From: an uncultured Oscillibacter sp.
Lineage (GTDB): Bacteria > Bacillota > Clostridia > Oscillospirales > Oscillospiraceae
Direction: 5' to 3'
Assembly (NCBI GenBank): GCA_910587705.1
Contig: CAJUMX010000010.1
Span: 53,130 to 117,129 of the forward strand
Length of the DNA stretch: 64,000 nucleotides
Both the position numbers and the translations under genes were made by a program. This document shows, piece after piece, positions 47,204 through 57,244 of the stretch (the stretch's first letter is position 1; each line of letters begins with the position of its first letter). Below the pieces are notes generated by a model. The model was given only the letters and a program-made list of their open reading frames with translations. It did no database searches and was not told the origin of the DNA.

Positions 47204-48286
47204 TCAAGGGTTGAACAGGCGGCTTTCCAGGGCCTCCTCGCTCATGGCGGGGTTGATGGTCTCCTTGCTCTCCATGGCGATGGAGGAGGAGGCCAGGCCC
47301 GCCCGGGCGGTGTCCGCCAAATCCGTGCCCCGGAGATAGGCCCAGGCGATGGCGGCCATGAAGGCGTCCCCGCAGCCGGTGGCGTTTACCAGCTCCGCCG
47401 GGAGACATGGCAGCTGCACCCGGCCACTGTGATCCGCTGCAAACACCCCGTCGGCCCCCAGGGAGATGAACACCCGGCGCAGGCCGGTTTCCAAAAGGGC
47501 GTCGGCGGCTTTGTTCAGGCTGGCCTCGTCGGTGATGGGCACGCCGGAGAGGAGCTCCGCCTCCAGGCGGTTGGGCTTTAAGGTGTGGAGCTTTCCCAGG
47601 ACAGGCTTTAATTTCACGGCCTTGGCGGTGGACACCGGGTCGGCGAAGAGGGGGGCGGCGCAGTTCTCCGCCAGCCAGGCGATGCTCTCCTCGGGAATGT
47701 TGGTGTCGATCACCACCACCTGGCTGGCGTCCAGGAGCTTATGCCGCTGGGCCAGGGTCTGGGGGGTCAGGTGCTGGTAAATCTCCATGTCGCTGACGGC
47801 CAGGGCCATGTCCCCCCGCTCGTCGTTGATGAAGAGGTAGGTGGAGGTCCGCCCGCCGGGAATGACGGGGGACTGGGAGATGTCGATGCCAAGCTCGCCG
47901 CAGCTGGCGGCCAGCTTCTGGGCGTTGAGGTCGTCCCCGAAGGCGGTCAGCAGCCGCACGTCCAGGCCCAACAGGGCCATGTTGTGGGCGATGTTCCGCC
48001 CCACGCCCCCCAGGGAGGAGTGGACCGCGCCGGGGTTGGAGTCCCGTGCAACCAAAGCCGCCTCCGGGCGGCCGCCGATGTCCACGTTCACGCCCCCGAC
48101 CACGGTGACATAGGGGGCGGTCTGGACAATGTAGCCCTTGCCGGTGATGTAGCCTTTTTTCATCAGGTTGGAGATATGCACGGCGACGGAGGAGCGGGTG
48201 ATCCCCGCCTTGTCCGCCAGCTCCTTCTGGGAGATGAGGGGGTTTGCCTCAATCCAGTTCAAAAGCTGCCGCTCCCGCTTGGTCAT
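47204..48286 (-). CDS. psuK: PfkB-family (pseudouridine) kinase with N-terminal winged HTH
   Basis: ISQKELA..AGITRSSVAVHISNL; GGVGRNIA; NATGCGDAF; adjacent to psuG. Confidence 0.85.
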   Translation of the reverse strand: MTKRERQLLNWIEANPLISQKELADKAGITRSSVAVHISNLMKKGYITGKGYIVQTAPYVTVVGGVNVDIGGRPEAALVARDSNPGAVHSSLGGVGRNIAHNMALLGLDVRLLTAFGDDLNAQKLAASCGELGIDISQSPVIPGGRTSTYLFINDERGDMALAVSDMEIYQHLTPQTLAQRHKLLDASQVVVIDTNIPEESIAWLAENCAAPLFADPVSTAKAVKLKPVLGKLHTLKPNRLEAELLSGVPITDEASLNKAADALLETGLRRVFISLGADGVFAADHSGRVQLPCLPAELVNATGCGDAFMAAIAWAYLRGTDLADTARAGLASSSIAMESKETINPAMSEEALESRLFNP

Positions 48287-48298
48287 GGTCCACCTCCG

Positions 48299-48361
48299 AA
48301 TAAGCAATTCTTTAGTTTCTTAATCTATTGCTTATTATAGCAGAAGTTTCGGACTTGTCAA
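48299..48361 (-). promoter_or_regulatory. psuK promoter with inverted-repeat operator candidate
   Basis: TTGACA-16-TATAAT; AATAAGCAAT (48299-308) / ATTGCTTATT (48327-36). Confidence 0.65.
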
Positions 48362-48496
48362 GGGGATTTTTGAAAAAGCACAGGAAAATTTTGGGGGAAC
48401 ATCCTGTAGGGGCCGCTCCTCTTGACGTGCCCCCCGCTTGCGGCGGGGAGGAAAACGTGGTAACATAGAGCCATGAAAGAAAAAGGAGGGAGCTTT

Positions 48497-48937
48497 ATGC
48501 GGCAGAAGCTGACCGCCTCCCAATGGACCATCCTGGTCCTGGGAGCCGGGCTGATGATTTCCCTGATCGCCAACGTCTATCTCTTTCAGCAGAGGCACGC
48601 CCCCCTGCCCCATCTGCGGGGGACATACTGCACCGACGCCTCCATGGGCTTGGGAACCTATCTGATCTTTGACGGCCAGGGCCGCTTCTGCCGCTATACC
48701 CAGACGGAGGGCGTCCTGGACGACGGGACCTGCGAGGACTTGGGCGAGGGGCGGTATGCCCTTTGCTCCGAAGAGGGCCGGGGGTTCGGGGTCGTGCAGA
48801 ACCGGGACGGCGTGTACCTCTTTGACGGCGAGGAAAACGACGTCTCCTTTTTCCCGAAGCTGAAGGAATTCGGCGACGCCTATATGCTCGTTGGTATCCC
48901 CGGCGAATACCCGGACTGGCTGCGGCCTCCGGCCTGA
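48497..48937 (+). CDS. Hypothetical membrane-anchored protein
   Basis: AAGGAGG RBS, N-terminal TM helix, genome-typical codon usage, hairpin after stop. Confidence 0.7.
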   Translation: MRQKLTASQWTILVLGAGLMISLIANVYLFQQRHAPLPHLRGTYCTDASMGLGTYLIFDGQGRFCRYTQTEGVLDDGTCEDLGEGRYALCSEEGRGFGVVQNRDGVYLFDGEENDVSFFPKLKEFGDAYMLVGIPGEYPDWLRPPA

Positions 48938-49069
48938 AAACGCGCCTCCCCCGCCAAATGCGGGGGAGGCGTTTTGACCGTCCGTCCCCCCTCCGGGGCC
49001 GATGGTCCGAGGGCCCTGGACGGCGGGGCGCTCTTTGGGTATACTGAGGGCAGAGAGGAGGCGGGCGCT

Positions 49070-49507
49070 TTGAAAATTGACGTGACCCTGGACCCGGCCC
49101 TGAAAGAGCTGCTGGTAAAGGTGCTCTCCCCAGGGGAGACGGAGGAGCTCCAGGCCCTCCTGCGGCGGCTGGAGGAGCCCCGGCGGCTGACGGGCTTCCG
49201 GGAGGGGACCGCCGTGCCCCTGGAGGCGGCGGAGGTCCTGCGCTTCTACGGCGAGGACAAGGAGGTCCGGGCCCAGGCCCTGGGCGGGGCGGTTTACACC
49301 GTTCGCCTCCGGCTGTACGAATTGGAGGAGCGGCTGGACCGAAAGACCTTTGTCCGGGTGTCCCACTCGGAAATTGTCAACTGGAAGCGGGTGACGGCCC
49401 TGGATTTGAGCCTGTCCGGCACCATCCGGGTGACCCTGGAGGGCGGCGTGGTCACCTACGTCTCCCGGCGGTACGTGAAGAAAATTAAGGAGGTGCTGGG
49501 GATATGA
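49070..49507 (+). CDS. Stand-alone LytTR-family regulator
   Basis: LYELEERL...FVRVSHSEIVN...VSRRYVKKIK; TTG start after GAGGAGG. Confidence 0.92.
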   Translation: MKIDVTLDPALKELLVKVLSPGETEELQALLRRLEEPRRLTGFREGTAVPLEAAEVLRFYGEDKEVRAQALGGAVYTVRLRLYELEERLDRKTFVRVSHSEIVNWKRVTALDLSLSGTIRVTLEGGVVTYVSRRYVKKIKEVLGI

Positions 49508-50346
49508 GCAAGAGCGAGGTCCTGCGGGAGATTCTCCGGCGGGCGTTCCGGGGCTTCCCCTGGGGCGTGGCGCTGGTCTACCTGGTGTTTGTGACGGAAA
49601 ACGCCTTTGCCGTCCCGGCTCCCTCGGGCGGAAACCTGCTGGTGGTGCCCGAGGCCATGGCGGAGGCGTATGGAAGCCCGGTGACGGCGGCCCTGGTCCA
49701 GATGCTGTGGTCCGGCCTCCTGGGGGCGGCCCTGGGAACGGCGGAGGTCCCCTTCCTCCTGGAGCGGAGGACCCTCCTTTGGTCCGGGGCGCATGTGCTG
49801 GTCACGGCGGTGGTATTCTTCCTGATGGGGTGGCAGTGCAAATGGTTCCCGGACATCCGCATGTGGGACACCTGGTGGATGGTGCTGCTGTTCCTGCTGC
49901 TGGGCTATGTGGTACGCTGGGCCGTCCGGTTCCTGGGCTGGCAGGCGGACCTGCGGGCCATGCGGCGGGCGGCGGGCCTGGACCCGGACCCGGTGGAGCC
50001 GCCGGGAAAGGCGATAACGCCCTACCTCCTCCTGGCGGCGGGGATGGAGATTCTGGCCCCCCTGGCACTGGTCTTTGCGAGCCCTCTGAATTTTTGGGCG
50101 CTGGCGGGGCTGGTGTATCCCTATATCGTCCTGCCCTTCTTCTGCTTCCTCAGCACCTCCTCCCTGGCGTCCCGGTTTCGCCGCTGGTGGCTGATTTATC
50201 CCCCTGTGTGCATGCTCATGATCCTTCCCACGGTGTTCATCATGTACAACAGCTCGGCCCTGTTTTTCGTGGGCGTTGCGGGAGTCACGTCGCTGGCCGG
50301 GGGGCTGGTGGGGACGGTCCTGCGGCGGCTGAAAAAAAGGGAATGA
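49504..50346 (+). CDS. DUF3021-like membrane protein with C-terminal extension
   Basis: Overlaps LytTR stop; multi-TM with H..V..VVFF..GW..KW pattern. Confidence 0.7.
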   Translation: MSKSEVLREILRRAFRGFPWGVALVYLVFVTENAFAVPAPSGGNLLVVPEAMAEAYGSPVTAALVQMLWSGLLGAALGTAEVPFLLERRTLLWSGAHVLVTAVVFFLMGWQCKWFPDIRMWDTWWMVLLFLLLGYVVRWAVRFLGWQADLRAMRRAAGLDPDPVEPPGKAITPYLLLAAGMEILAPLALVFASPLNFWALAGLVYPYIVLPFFCFLSTSSLASRFRRWWLIYPPVCMLMILPTVFIMYNSSALFFVGVAGVTSLAGGLVGTVLRRLKKRE

Positions 50347-50350
50347 TCCC

Positions 50351-50379
50351 TGGAACCAAACCGCCTTCTTTTCCGTCTA
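50351..50379 (+). promoter_or_regulatory. ECF-sigma-type promoter
   Basis: TGGAAC-17-CGTCTA, same pattern as 32179-32207. Confidence 0.55.
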
Positions 50380-50401
50380 AATGGGAAAAGGAGGCGGTTT
50401 T

Positions 50402-51319
50402 ATGAAGCTCTGGAAATGCGTGTTTGCCCTGGCCCTCTGCCTACTGCTGACGGCCTGCGCCCCGGCGGCGGAAACGCCGGAGGACCCGGCCCGGACGGAG
50501 GCCCCTGTGACTGCGGCGGACCCTGCGGACGTTCCGCCCTCCCTGGCGGAGGACGAGGAACCAACCATTCTCACCTGCCGGATTGTGGACGGGGCGGAGG
50601 ACGGGAACCTCCTCCTGGCGGAGCTGGGGGACGGCCTCTACGGCGGGACCGGAGTTTACCGGCTGAACGGAAAGGACGTGGCCGTGACCCTGGATGGGGA
50701 GGCGGCGGAGCCGTCAGCCTTGGAGGACGGGATGGTGGTGGAGGTTGCCTTCAACGGCAGTGTGCTGGAGAGCTTCCCCGCCCAGTTTGGGGAGGTCTAT
50801 CAGATTGCGGGGTATTCCATCGGTTCGGAGAAGAACCCGGCGGGGACCTGCTACGACCTCTGCGGACTGTATCTCCAGGTGCTGGATGACCTGTGGGAGA
50901 AGGACAAGGGACTGAACGAGAACATTTCCCTGGCGGGCCTGGACCTCTCGAACGCCCCCGGGGAGCTGACGGAGAGCGAGAAGGCCGCCCTGGCCTGGCG
51001 CTTTGGGGAGATGCACGGTGTGGAGGTGGTCCAAGGAACCTTCCAGGAGCTGAAGGAGCAGGGATATCTGACCTCCGAGCCCCTGGGAGACGGCGCGCCG
51101 GAGGGGGCGGCGTTCGTCCATTGGGAGGACGGGTGCCTCTTCTCCATCACGCCCAGCGAGGACCACGAGGGGGAGAGCTATTCCCTGCCCACGCTGTTTT
51201 TCAACGCGGCGAAATGGCGGTCCTCCCTGGGGGCGTACGGCTTCTACGACTGCTCCGCCATGTGGCCCCAGGGCGGGACCTGGAACGGCTACCAGATCGG
51301 CAGTGAGATGATTTCGTAA
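50402..51319 (+). CDS. Lipoprotein of unknown function
   Basis: MKLWKCVFALALCLLLTAC lipobox; AAGGAGG RBS. Confidence 0.85.
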   Translation: MKLWKCVFALALCLLLTACAPAAETPEDPARTEAPVTAADPADVPPSLAEDEEPTILTCRIVDGAEDGNLLLAELGDGLYGGTGVYRLNGKDVAVTLDGEAAEPSALEDGMVVEVAFNGSVLESFPAQFGEVYQIAGYSIGSEKNPAGTCYDLCGLYLQVLDDLWEKDKGLNENISLAGLDLSNAPGELTESEKAALAWRFGEMHGVEVVQGTFQELKEQGYLTSEPLGDGAPEGAAFVHWEDGCLFSITPSEDHEGESYSLPTLFFNAAKWRSSLGAYGFYDCSAMWPQGGTWNGYQIGSEMIS

Positions 51320-51361
51320 GGGGGCATGGCCAGTCCCACCCAGGCACCAGCATTTCGGGGA

Positions 51362-51932
51362 AGGGCGGACACATAGGTCCGCCCCTACGGGGTGGTCTAC
51401 CGAGAGAAGGGTGGGCCCAGGGGGACGGGCCATGGATAGCATGGAGGTTCCGGGGGGAACGGGCCGCCGTGGGCGGCGGCCCCTACACGGTGGTCTATCG
51501 ATAGAAGGGCAGACCCGGAAAAAGGCAGACAGTTACCCCCTACCACCAGATGAGCGGCAGCGAAAAGAGGAGCTGGTCCATTCGTCATGGGACAAACCCC
51601 CGCTCAACCCAATTGCGCGTGGGAAGTCATTCCGGCTCCGCCGATCATTCAGCCGCGCCCCCGTCGCTTCCCCCGTATCCTTCTTTTTCTCTTTTGGACC
51701 GTGCACGGCCCGTTTTCTCGTTTTCTTCTGGAAGAAAAAACCGGGGCCCCCGCGCGGCCTGCCGCGTGGGGAGAGGAGGAAGGAACGGAGCAGAACGCAG
51801 TCCTCGCCGTTAGGCGGGGACGGAGTGGGCGGAGTTTCTTCCGACGACATGGGGGGTGCATTGCACCAGCCATCGCTGGTATCCATTCCCCCCCGCCCGA
51901 AGGGCGAGAAAAAACTCCCCCTTTCGGGGGAG
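51362..51932 (-). repeat. Two GTAG-REPs plus repeat family A copy 6 with nested 108-bp insert
   Basis: Core as in copies 2, 4 and 5; 51741-51848 replaces GAGAAA of the long hairpin. Confidence 0.9.
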
Positions 51933-51956
51933 CTTTCCACATTCGCCAAGCGCAGC

Positions 51957-53360
51957 TTAGAAATCGGCGCTGCCGACCGTGCGGGGATGCGGCAGCACAT
52001 CCCGAATATTGCTCACGCCAGTGAGATACATCACCAGCCGCTCGAACCCCAGGCCAAAGCCCGCGTGGCGGCAGGAACCGTACCGCCGCAAATCGCAGTA
52101 CCACCAGTAGCTCTCCGGGTCCATGTCCAGCTCCTTGATGCGGCGCTCCAGGACCTCCAGCCGCTCCTCACGCTGGCTTCCGCCGATGATCTCCCCGATG
52201 CCGGGGACCAGGCAGTCCGCCGCGGCCACGGTCTTTCCGTCGTCGTTGAGGCGCATATAGAACGCCTTGATCTCCTTGGGATAGTCCGTCACAAACACCG
52301 GGCGCTTAAAAACCTGCTCCGTGAGATACCGCTCGTGCTCCGTCTGGAGGTCGCAGCCCCAATAGACCTTGTAGTCGAACTGGTCGTTGTTCTTTTCCAG
52401 AATTTCCACGGCCTCCGTGTAGCTCACCCGGCCGAAGTCGGAGGAGGCCACGTGCTCCAGCCGCTGCTTGAGCCCCTTGTCCACGAAGCTGTTGAAGAAG
52501 TTGATTTCGTCGGGGCAGCGCTCCATGACCTTTTGAATGGCGTATTTGATCATGGCCTCCGCCACGTCCATGTCCCCCGCCAGATCGCAGAAGGCCATCT
52601 CCGGCTCGATCATCCAGAACTCGGCGGCGTGGCGCTGGGTGTTGGAGTTTTCCGCCCGGAAGGTGGGGCCGAAGGTGTACACGTCCCCGAAGGCCATGGC
52701 GAAGTTCTCGGCGTTGAGCTGGCCGGAGACCGTCAGGTTCGCGGGCTTGCCGAAGAAGTCCTGGGTGAAGTCAATCGCTCCATCCTCGGTCCGGGGCGGG
52801 TTCTCCGGGTCCAGGGTGGTGACCCGGAACATCTCTCCAGCGCCCTCGCAGTCGCTGGCGGTGATGATGGGGGTGTGGACGTAGACAAAGCCCCGGCTCT
52901 GGAAGAACTCGTGGATGGCGAAGGCGGCGGCGCTGCGCACCCGGAAGGCGGCGGAGAACAGGTTCGTCCGGGGACGCAGGTGCTGGATGGTCCGCAGGTA
53001 CTCCACAGTGTGCCGCTTTTTCTGGAGGGGATAGTCGGGGGTGGAGGGGCCCTCCACCTCGATCTTTGTGGCTTTCAGCTCCAGGGGCTGCTTGGCCTCC
53101 GGGGTGAGGACCACGGTGCCGGTGACGATGAGGGCCGCGCCCACGTTCTGGGCGGCGATGTCCTTATAGTTTTCCAGGGTTCCGGCCTCCATGACCACCT
53201 GGAGGTTTTTGAGGCAGGAGCCGTCGTTCAGCTCCACGAAGCCGAAGTTTTTCATGTCCCGGATGGTGCGGGCCCAGCCGCCCACCGTGACGGACTGCCC
53301 GTCCAGGGATTCCTTGTCGGCGAAAATCGCCGCGATTTTTTTGAGGGTCATTGTGTTCAC
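51957..53360 (-). CDS. asnS: Asparagine--tRNA ligase
   Basis: [43 protein letters not shown]. Confidence 0.98.
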   Translation of the reverse strand: MNTMTLKKIAAIFADKESLDGQSVTVGGWARTIRDMKNFGFVELNDGSCLKNLQVVMEAGTLENYKDIAAQNVGAALIVTGTVVLTPEAKQPLELKATKIEVEGPSTPDYPLQKKRHTVEYLRTIQHLRPRTNLFSAAFRVRSAAAFAIHEFFQSRGFVYVHTPIITASDCEGAGEMFRVTTLDPENPPRTEDGAIDFTQDFFGKPANLTVSGQLNAENFAMAFGDVYTFGPTFRAENSNTQRHAAEFWMIEPEMAFCDLAGDMDVAEAMIKYAIQKVMERCPDEINFFNSFVDKGLKQRLEHVASSDFGRVSYTEAVEILEKNNDQFDYKVYWGCDLQTEHERYLTEQVFKRPVFVTDYPKEIKAFYMRLNDDGKTVAAADCLVPGIGEIIGGSQREERLEVLERRIKELDMDPESYWWYCDLRRYGSCRHAGFGLGFERLVMYLTGVSNIRDVLPHPRTVGSADF

Positions 53361-53423
53361 CTGATTTCTGTTATTTCATATGGATGGTATATTATATCAT
53401 AAATTTTTGCTTTTGCAAGAGGC

Positions 53424-53918
53424 TCACTTGTGATACTTCGTCCCCCCGTTAATCTGGTAGGCCCGGTAAATCTGCTCCAGCAGCATTACCCGGGCCAGGT
53501 GGTGGGGAAACGTCATCGGCGACATGGACAGCTTCGCCCAGGCTTCCGCCTTGATGGACGCGTGGAGCCCGAAGGACCCCCCGATTAAAAACACCAGCCG
53601 CTTCTCCTGCCCCATTTCCGTCCCCGCGGCCCAGGCGGCCATGGTCCGGGCCAGCTCCTCGCTGGAATAGAGCCGCCCCTCCACGCACAAGGCGATGAGG
53701 CGGGAGGAGGGCGGCAGCTTCCGGCGGATATTCTCCGCCTCCTTCAAAAGGGCCCCCTCAATCTGGGCGGCAGAGGGGGTTTCCGGCAGCCGCTCCTCCG
53801 CCAGTTCCACAATTTCCAGCTTGCAGTACCGGCTCAGGCGCTTGGCGTACTCCGCCGCCGCCTCGGCGTAGAACTTCTCTTTCAGCTTCCCTACGCAAAG
53901 AAGGATTACCCGCTGCAT
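53424..53918 (-). CDS. rlmH: 23S rRNA (pseudouridine1915-N3)-methyltransferase
   Basis: VGKLKEK, IGGSFG, MTFPHHLAR..LLEQIYRA...YHK. Confidence 0.97.
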   Translation of the reverse strand: MQRVILLCVGKLKEKFYAEAAAEYAKRLSRYCKLEIVELAEERLPETPSAAQIEGALLKEAENIRRKLPPSSRLIALCVEGRLYSSEELARTMAAWAAGTEMGQEKRLVFLIGGSFGLHASIKAEAWAKLSMSPMTFPHHLARVMLLEQIYRAYQINGGTKYHK

Positions 53919-54700
53919 ACCGCTCCTCCCTCCAGCACATACGCCCCGCTAAGGCCGTCCCGGGGGGCGGCGGAGAGGCGGGGGCGCAGTCCCGCGGCGG
54001 AGAGGGCCGTCTCCACCGTCCGCAGAGCCATGGCTGGGGTGTTGTTCTCCCGGCTCAGGTGGGCCAGGACGATTTCCCGGGCCCCGGCCCTGGTCAGGGC
54101 CACGGCGAAGGCGGCGGCGTCCTCGTTGGGGAGGTGCCCCTCCGGGCCCAGGATGCGCTTTTTCAAAAAGTAGGGATAGGGGCCGCTCCGCAGGGTCTCC
54201 ACGTCGTGGTTGGCCTCCAGCACCGCCAGAGCCACGCCGGGCAGGACCGCCTCCGCCTCCGGCGTGATGAAGCCGCTGTCCGTCAGCAGGCCGAAGCCCC
54301 CGTCGGGGGTGTCGAAGCGGTAGCCCCGGGAGCCGGGGGAGTCGTGGGAGGTGGGAAAGGCGGTGACGGCGCAGTCCTTCACGAGAAAGGCCCCCTCCGC
54401 CTCCTGGAGGCGGTCCTCCAGAAGGACCATCCGCCGCAGCAGGTCCCGGCCCGCCTGGGCGGAGGCGTAGACGGGGCAGGTGGTGCGTTTTAGAAGGGTC
54501 TGGAGGCCGGAGATATGGTCCGAGTGGGTGTGGGTGATGAAAATGCCGTCCAGGTCGGGAAGGTCCAGCCCCAGGGCCTGGAGCCCCTGGCGGATGCGGC
54601 GGCAGGAGATGCCCGCGTCCACCAAGATGTTTCCGCCCTCCCAGCTCAGCGCCAGCGCGTTCCCGGAGGAGCCGCTGGCCAGGGTATGTACCGTCGTCAA
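53906..54700 (-). CDS. MBL-fold hydrolase (YycJ/WalJ-like)
   Basis: LASGSSGN, THTHSDH, EANHD...GPYPYFLK.RI...GHL, AHLSRENN. Confidence 0.88.
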   Translation of the reverse strand: MTTVHTLASGSSGNALALSWEGGNILVDAGISCRRIRQGLQALGLDLPDLDGIFITHTHSDHISGLQTLLKRTTCPVYASAQAGRDLLRRMVLLEDRLQEAEGAFLVKDCAVTAFPTSHDSPGSRGYRFDTPDGGFGLLTDSGFITPEAEAVLPGVALAVLEANHDVETLRSGPYPYFLKKRILGPEGHLPNEDAAAFAVALTRAGAREIVLAHLSRENNTPAMALRTVETALSAAGLRPRLSAAPRDGLSGAYVLEGGAVCSG

Positions 54701-54972
54701 CGCGGGGAACCTCCTTTTCCTTTCAGCGCGTCGCTGAATTCCTTCAAATCCGCCTTTACCTCCGGGGGGAGCGCGTTGAAGTCCACGCCCCGGACCGCCC
54801 CCTCCAGGGCGTAGAGATGGACCAGGCAGACGCCGGGGTAGAGGGTTTTCAATCGGAAAAAGGCGTCCTTGGCCCCGGCCTCCGCCAGCTCCTCCGGGGT
54901 GCGGACACCCACCGCCGCCAGTTTCCGGGCCATTTCCGCCCCGATATTCTTCATGGATGTCAAATCCGGCAT
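54697..54972 (-). CDS. TfoX C-terminal domain protein
   Basis: NIG...L..VGV.T.EEL...GA..AF..L...LYALEGA. Confidence 0.85.
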   Translation of the reverse strand: MPDLTSMKNIGAEMARKLAAVGVRTPEELAEAGAKDAFFRLKTLYPGVCLVHLYALEGAVRGVDFNALPPEVKADLKEFSDALKGKGGSPR

Positions 54973-54988
54973 ACCGTTCCTCCCGCGC

Positions 54989-55429
54989 TCATAGTCTCAT
55001 GTACAAAAGCGGGTAGGGCCCGCCCTGCTCGTCCGTCTCCGTCCGCCGGTAAACGCGGAAGCCCATGCGCTCGTAAAAGCCCCGGGCCTGGGGATTTTGT
55101 TCGTTCACCGCCAGCTCCCGGAGACCATAGCGGTCCATTCCGTGTTGGAGCAGCGCCCGTCCAAGGCCCTTTCCCCGCGCCTGCGGCAGCAGGAACAGCA
55201 TTTCCAGCCGCTGCCCATCCGCGCCCAAAAAACCGATGGGAACGCCTCTTTCGTCCTCCCCCACTATGAGACGCGGGACCTCCCGCAGGGCCTGGGGGAC
55301 ATAGGCTTTGATAGTCTCCACCTCGCCGCCGGACAAAAAGGTGTGGGTGGCCCTGACGGAACGCTCCCAGACCTCCAGCAGGCGGTCCAGGCACTCCGGC
55401 GTCCTGGATTCCAGCTCGACAATTCGCAT
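54989..55429 (-). CDS. GNAT acetyltransferase (YjaB-like)
   Basis: WERSVRATHTFL, RGKGLG, VNEQNPQARGFYE; AAGGAGG RBS. Confidence 0.9.
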   Translation of the reverse strand: MRIVELESRTPECLDRLLEVWERSVRATHTFLSGGEVETIKAYVPQALREVPRLIVGEDERGVPIGFLGADGQRLEMLFLLPQARGKGLGRALLQHGMDRYGLRELAVNEQNPQARGFYERMGFRVYRRTETDEQGGPYPLLYMRL

Positions 55430-55502
55430 AGGCCCTCCTTCGCAAAAACCGGGAGACGGAAGGGCCTTCCCTCCATCTCCCGGCGGTTGTGAATACAGGT
55501 TC

Positions 55503-56798
55503 TTAACCAAGGTTCAGCCGCTGGTGCTCCTCCGATTCCTCTACGGCCCGGATGTTGGCCCCCAGGCCCCGGAGCTTTTCCACCAGGTTCTCATAGCCCC
55601 GCTCAATGTAATGCACGCAGGAAATTTCGCTCTGCCCCTTGGCGGCCAGGGCGGCGATGACCAGGGCGGCCCCCGCCCGAAGGTCCGAGGCCTGAATGGG
55701 CGCGCCCACCAGATGGTCCACGCCCTCCACCACGGCGGTCTTGTCGTCCACCTGGATGTTGGCCCCCATGCGGCGAAGCTCGTCCACATAGCGGTAGCGG
55801 CTGGACCACACGCTCTCCGTCACCAGGGAGATGCCCTGGGCCAGGGAGAGGACCGTGGTAATCTGGGGCTGCATGTCCGTGGGGAAGCCAGGATAGGGCA
55901 GGGTCTTGATGTTGGCCCGGCGCAGCGGGCCGTTCCGGCGGACCAGGAGGGTGTCCTCGTGCTCCTCCACCTCCACGCCGCACTCCTGGAGCTTGGCGGT
56001 GATGCAGTCCATGTGCTTGGGAATGATATTCTTCACCAGAATCTGCCCGCCCGCGGCGGCGGCGGCGGCCATGTAGGTGCCCGCCTCAATTTGGTCGGGG
56101 ATGATGGCGTAGCTGCCGCCCCGGAGGCGGTCCACGCCCCGAATCTTAATGGTATCCGTGCCCGCCCCCCGGATGTTGGCCCCCATGGAGTTTAAAAAGT
56201 TGGCCAAATCCACGATGTGGGGCTCCTTGGCGGCGTTTTCAATCACCGTCCGGCCCTCCGCCATGACGGCGGCCATCATGATGTTCATGGTGGCCCCCAC
56301 GGAGACCACGTCCAAATACACGCTGGTGCCCTTCAGCCGCTCCTCTCCGGCGGTGGCCCGGATGAAGCCGCCCTCCACCGCCACGGTGGCTCCCAGGGCG
56401 TTGAAGCCCTTCATATGCTGGTCGATAGGCCGGACGCCGCCGAAGTTGCACCCTCCCGGCAGGGCCACCTCCGCCTGGCCGAAGCGGCCCAGCAGAGCGC
56501 CGATGAAGTAGGTGGAGGCCCGGATGCGCCGGGCCAGGTCGTAGGGGGTGCGGGTGGAGTGGATGTGGCGGCAGTCCACCTCCACAGTGTGCCGGTCCAG
56601 GCTGCGGACCCCCGCGCCCAGCTGCTCTAAAATGTTCAGGCACAGCGTCACGTCGGAAATCTGGGGGATGTTCTCAATGCGGCAGACCCCGTCCACCAGC
56701 AGCGCGGCGGGGATGATGGCCACAGCGGCGTTTTTCGCGCCGCTGATTTCCACTTCGCCAAACAGGGGCGTTCCGCCCTGTATCATATATTTTGTCAA
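55503..56798 (-). CDS. murA: UDP-N-acetylglucosamine 1-carboxyvinyltransferase
   Basis: SGAKNA, LPGGCNFG.RPIDQH, SVGAT.N, YPGFPTDMQ, DLRAGAAL; TTG start inferred. Confidence 0.96.
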   Translation of the reverse strand: MTKYMIQGGTPLFGEVEISGAKNAAVAIIPAALLVDGVCRIENIPQISDVTLCLNILEQLGAGVRSLDRHTVEVDCRHIHSTRTPYDLARRIRASTYFIGALLGRFGQAEVALPGGCNFGGVRPIDQHMKGFNALGATVAVEGGFIRATAGEERLKGTSVYLDVVSVGATMNIMMAAVMAEGRTVIENAAKEPHIVDLANFLNSMGANIRGAGTDTIKIRGVDRLRGGSYAIIPDQIEAGTYMAAAAAAGGQILVKNIIPKHMDCITAKLQECGVEVEEHEDTLLVRRNGPLRRANIKTLPYPGFPTDMQPQITTVLSLAQGISLVTESVWSSRYRYVDELRRMGANIQVDDKTAVVEGVDHLVGAPIQASDLRAGAALVIAALAAKGQSEISCVHYIERGYENLVEKLRGLGANIRAVEESEEHQRLNLG

Positions 56799-57244
56799 AA
56801 TATTGACCCTCTCTTCAAGCAACAGTTTGCCGGTCCGGGGCGTTTGCGGGAGGCACAAGAGACAGTTTGCCCGGCTGGCGGCGCTTCATACCCGCGCAGA
56901 CCGCGGGGAGGCAGATTCTTCTTTGGAAGCGCTGGCTGTGCAGATGCACGCCACGCTCCAAACGCGCCGTTTTCGATCCTTTCGGCAAACCAAAAGGAGG
57001 CGCCAAGGCTTCGCCCGCGAAGGCGTTTTCTCTGCCTTTGCGGCGGGCGAACCCGCATGAAGTTTTTTACATGCTTTGTTATCATAGCACAGGCAGGGGA
57101 AAAATGCAAACCTTTCCTTCCGTGTTTTTCGATAATGTTTCGACGGCAAAGAGGGGCCGCTTCCGTGGACGGGATGCAAAACCCGGCCGCCGGGGCCGGG
57201 TTTAACAGAGTGAAGGAGGGATGGAAGGGCGGGAGCGCCGAATA

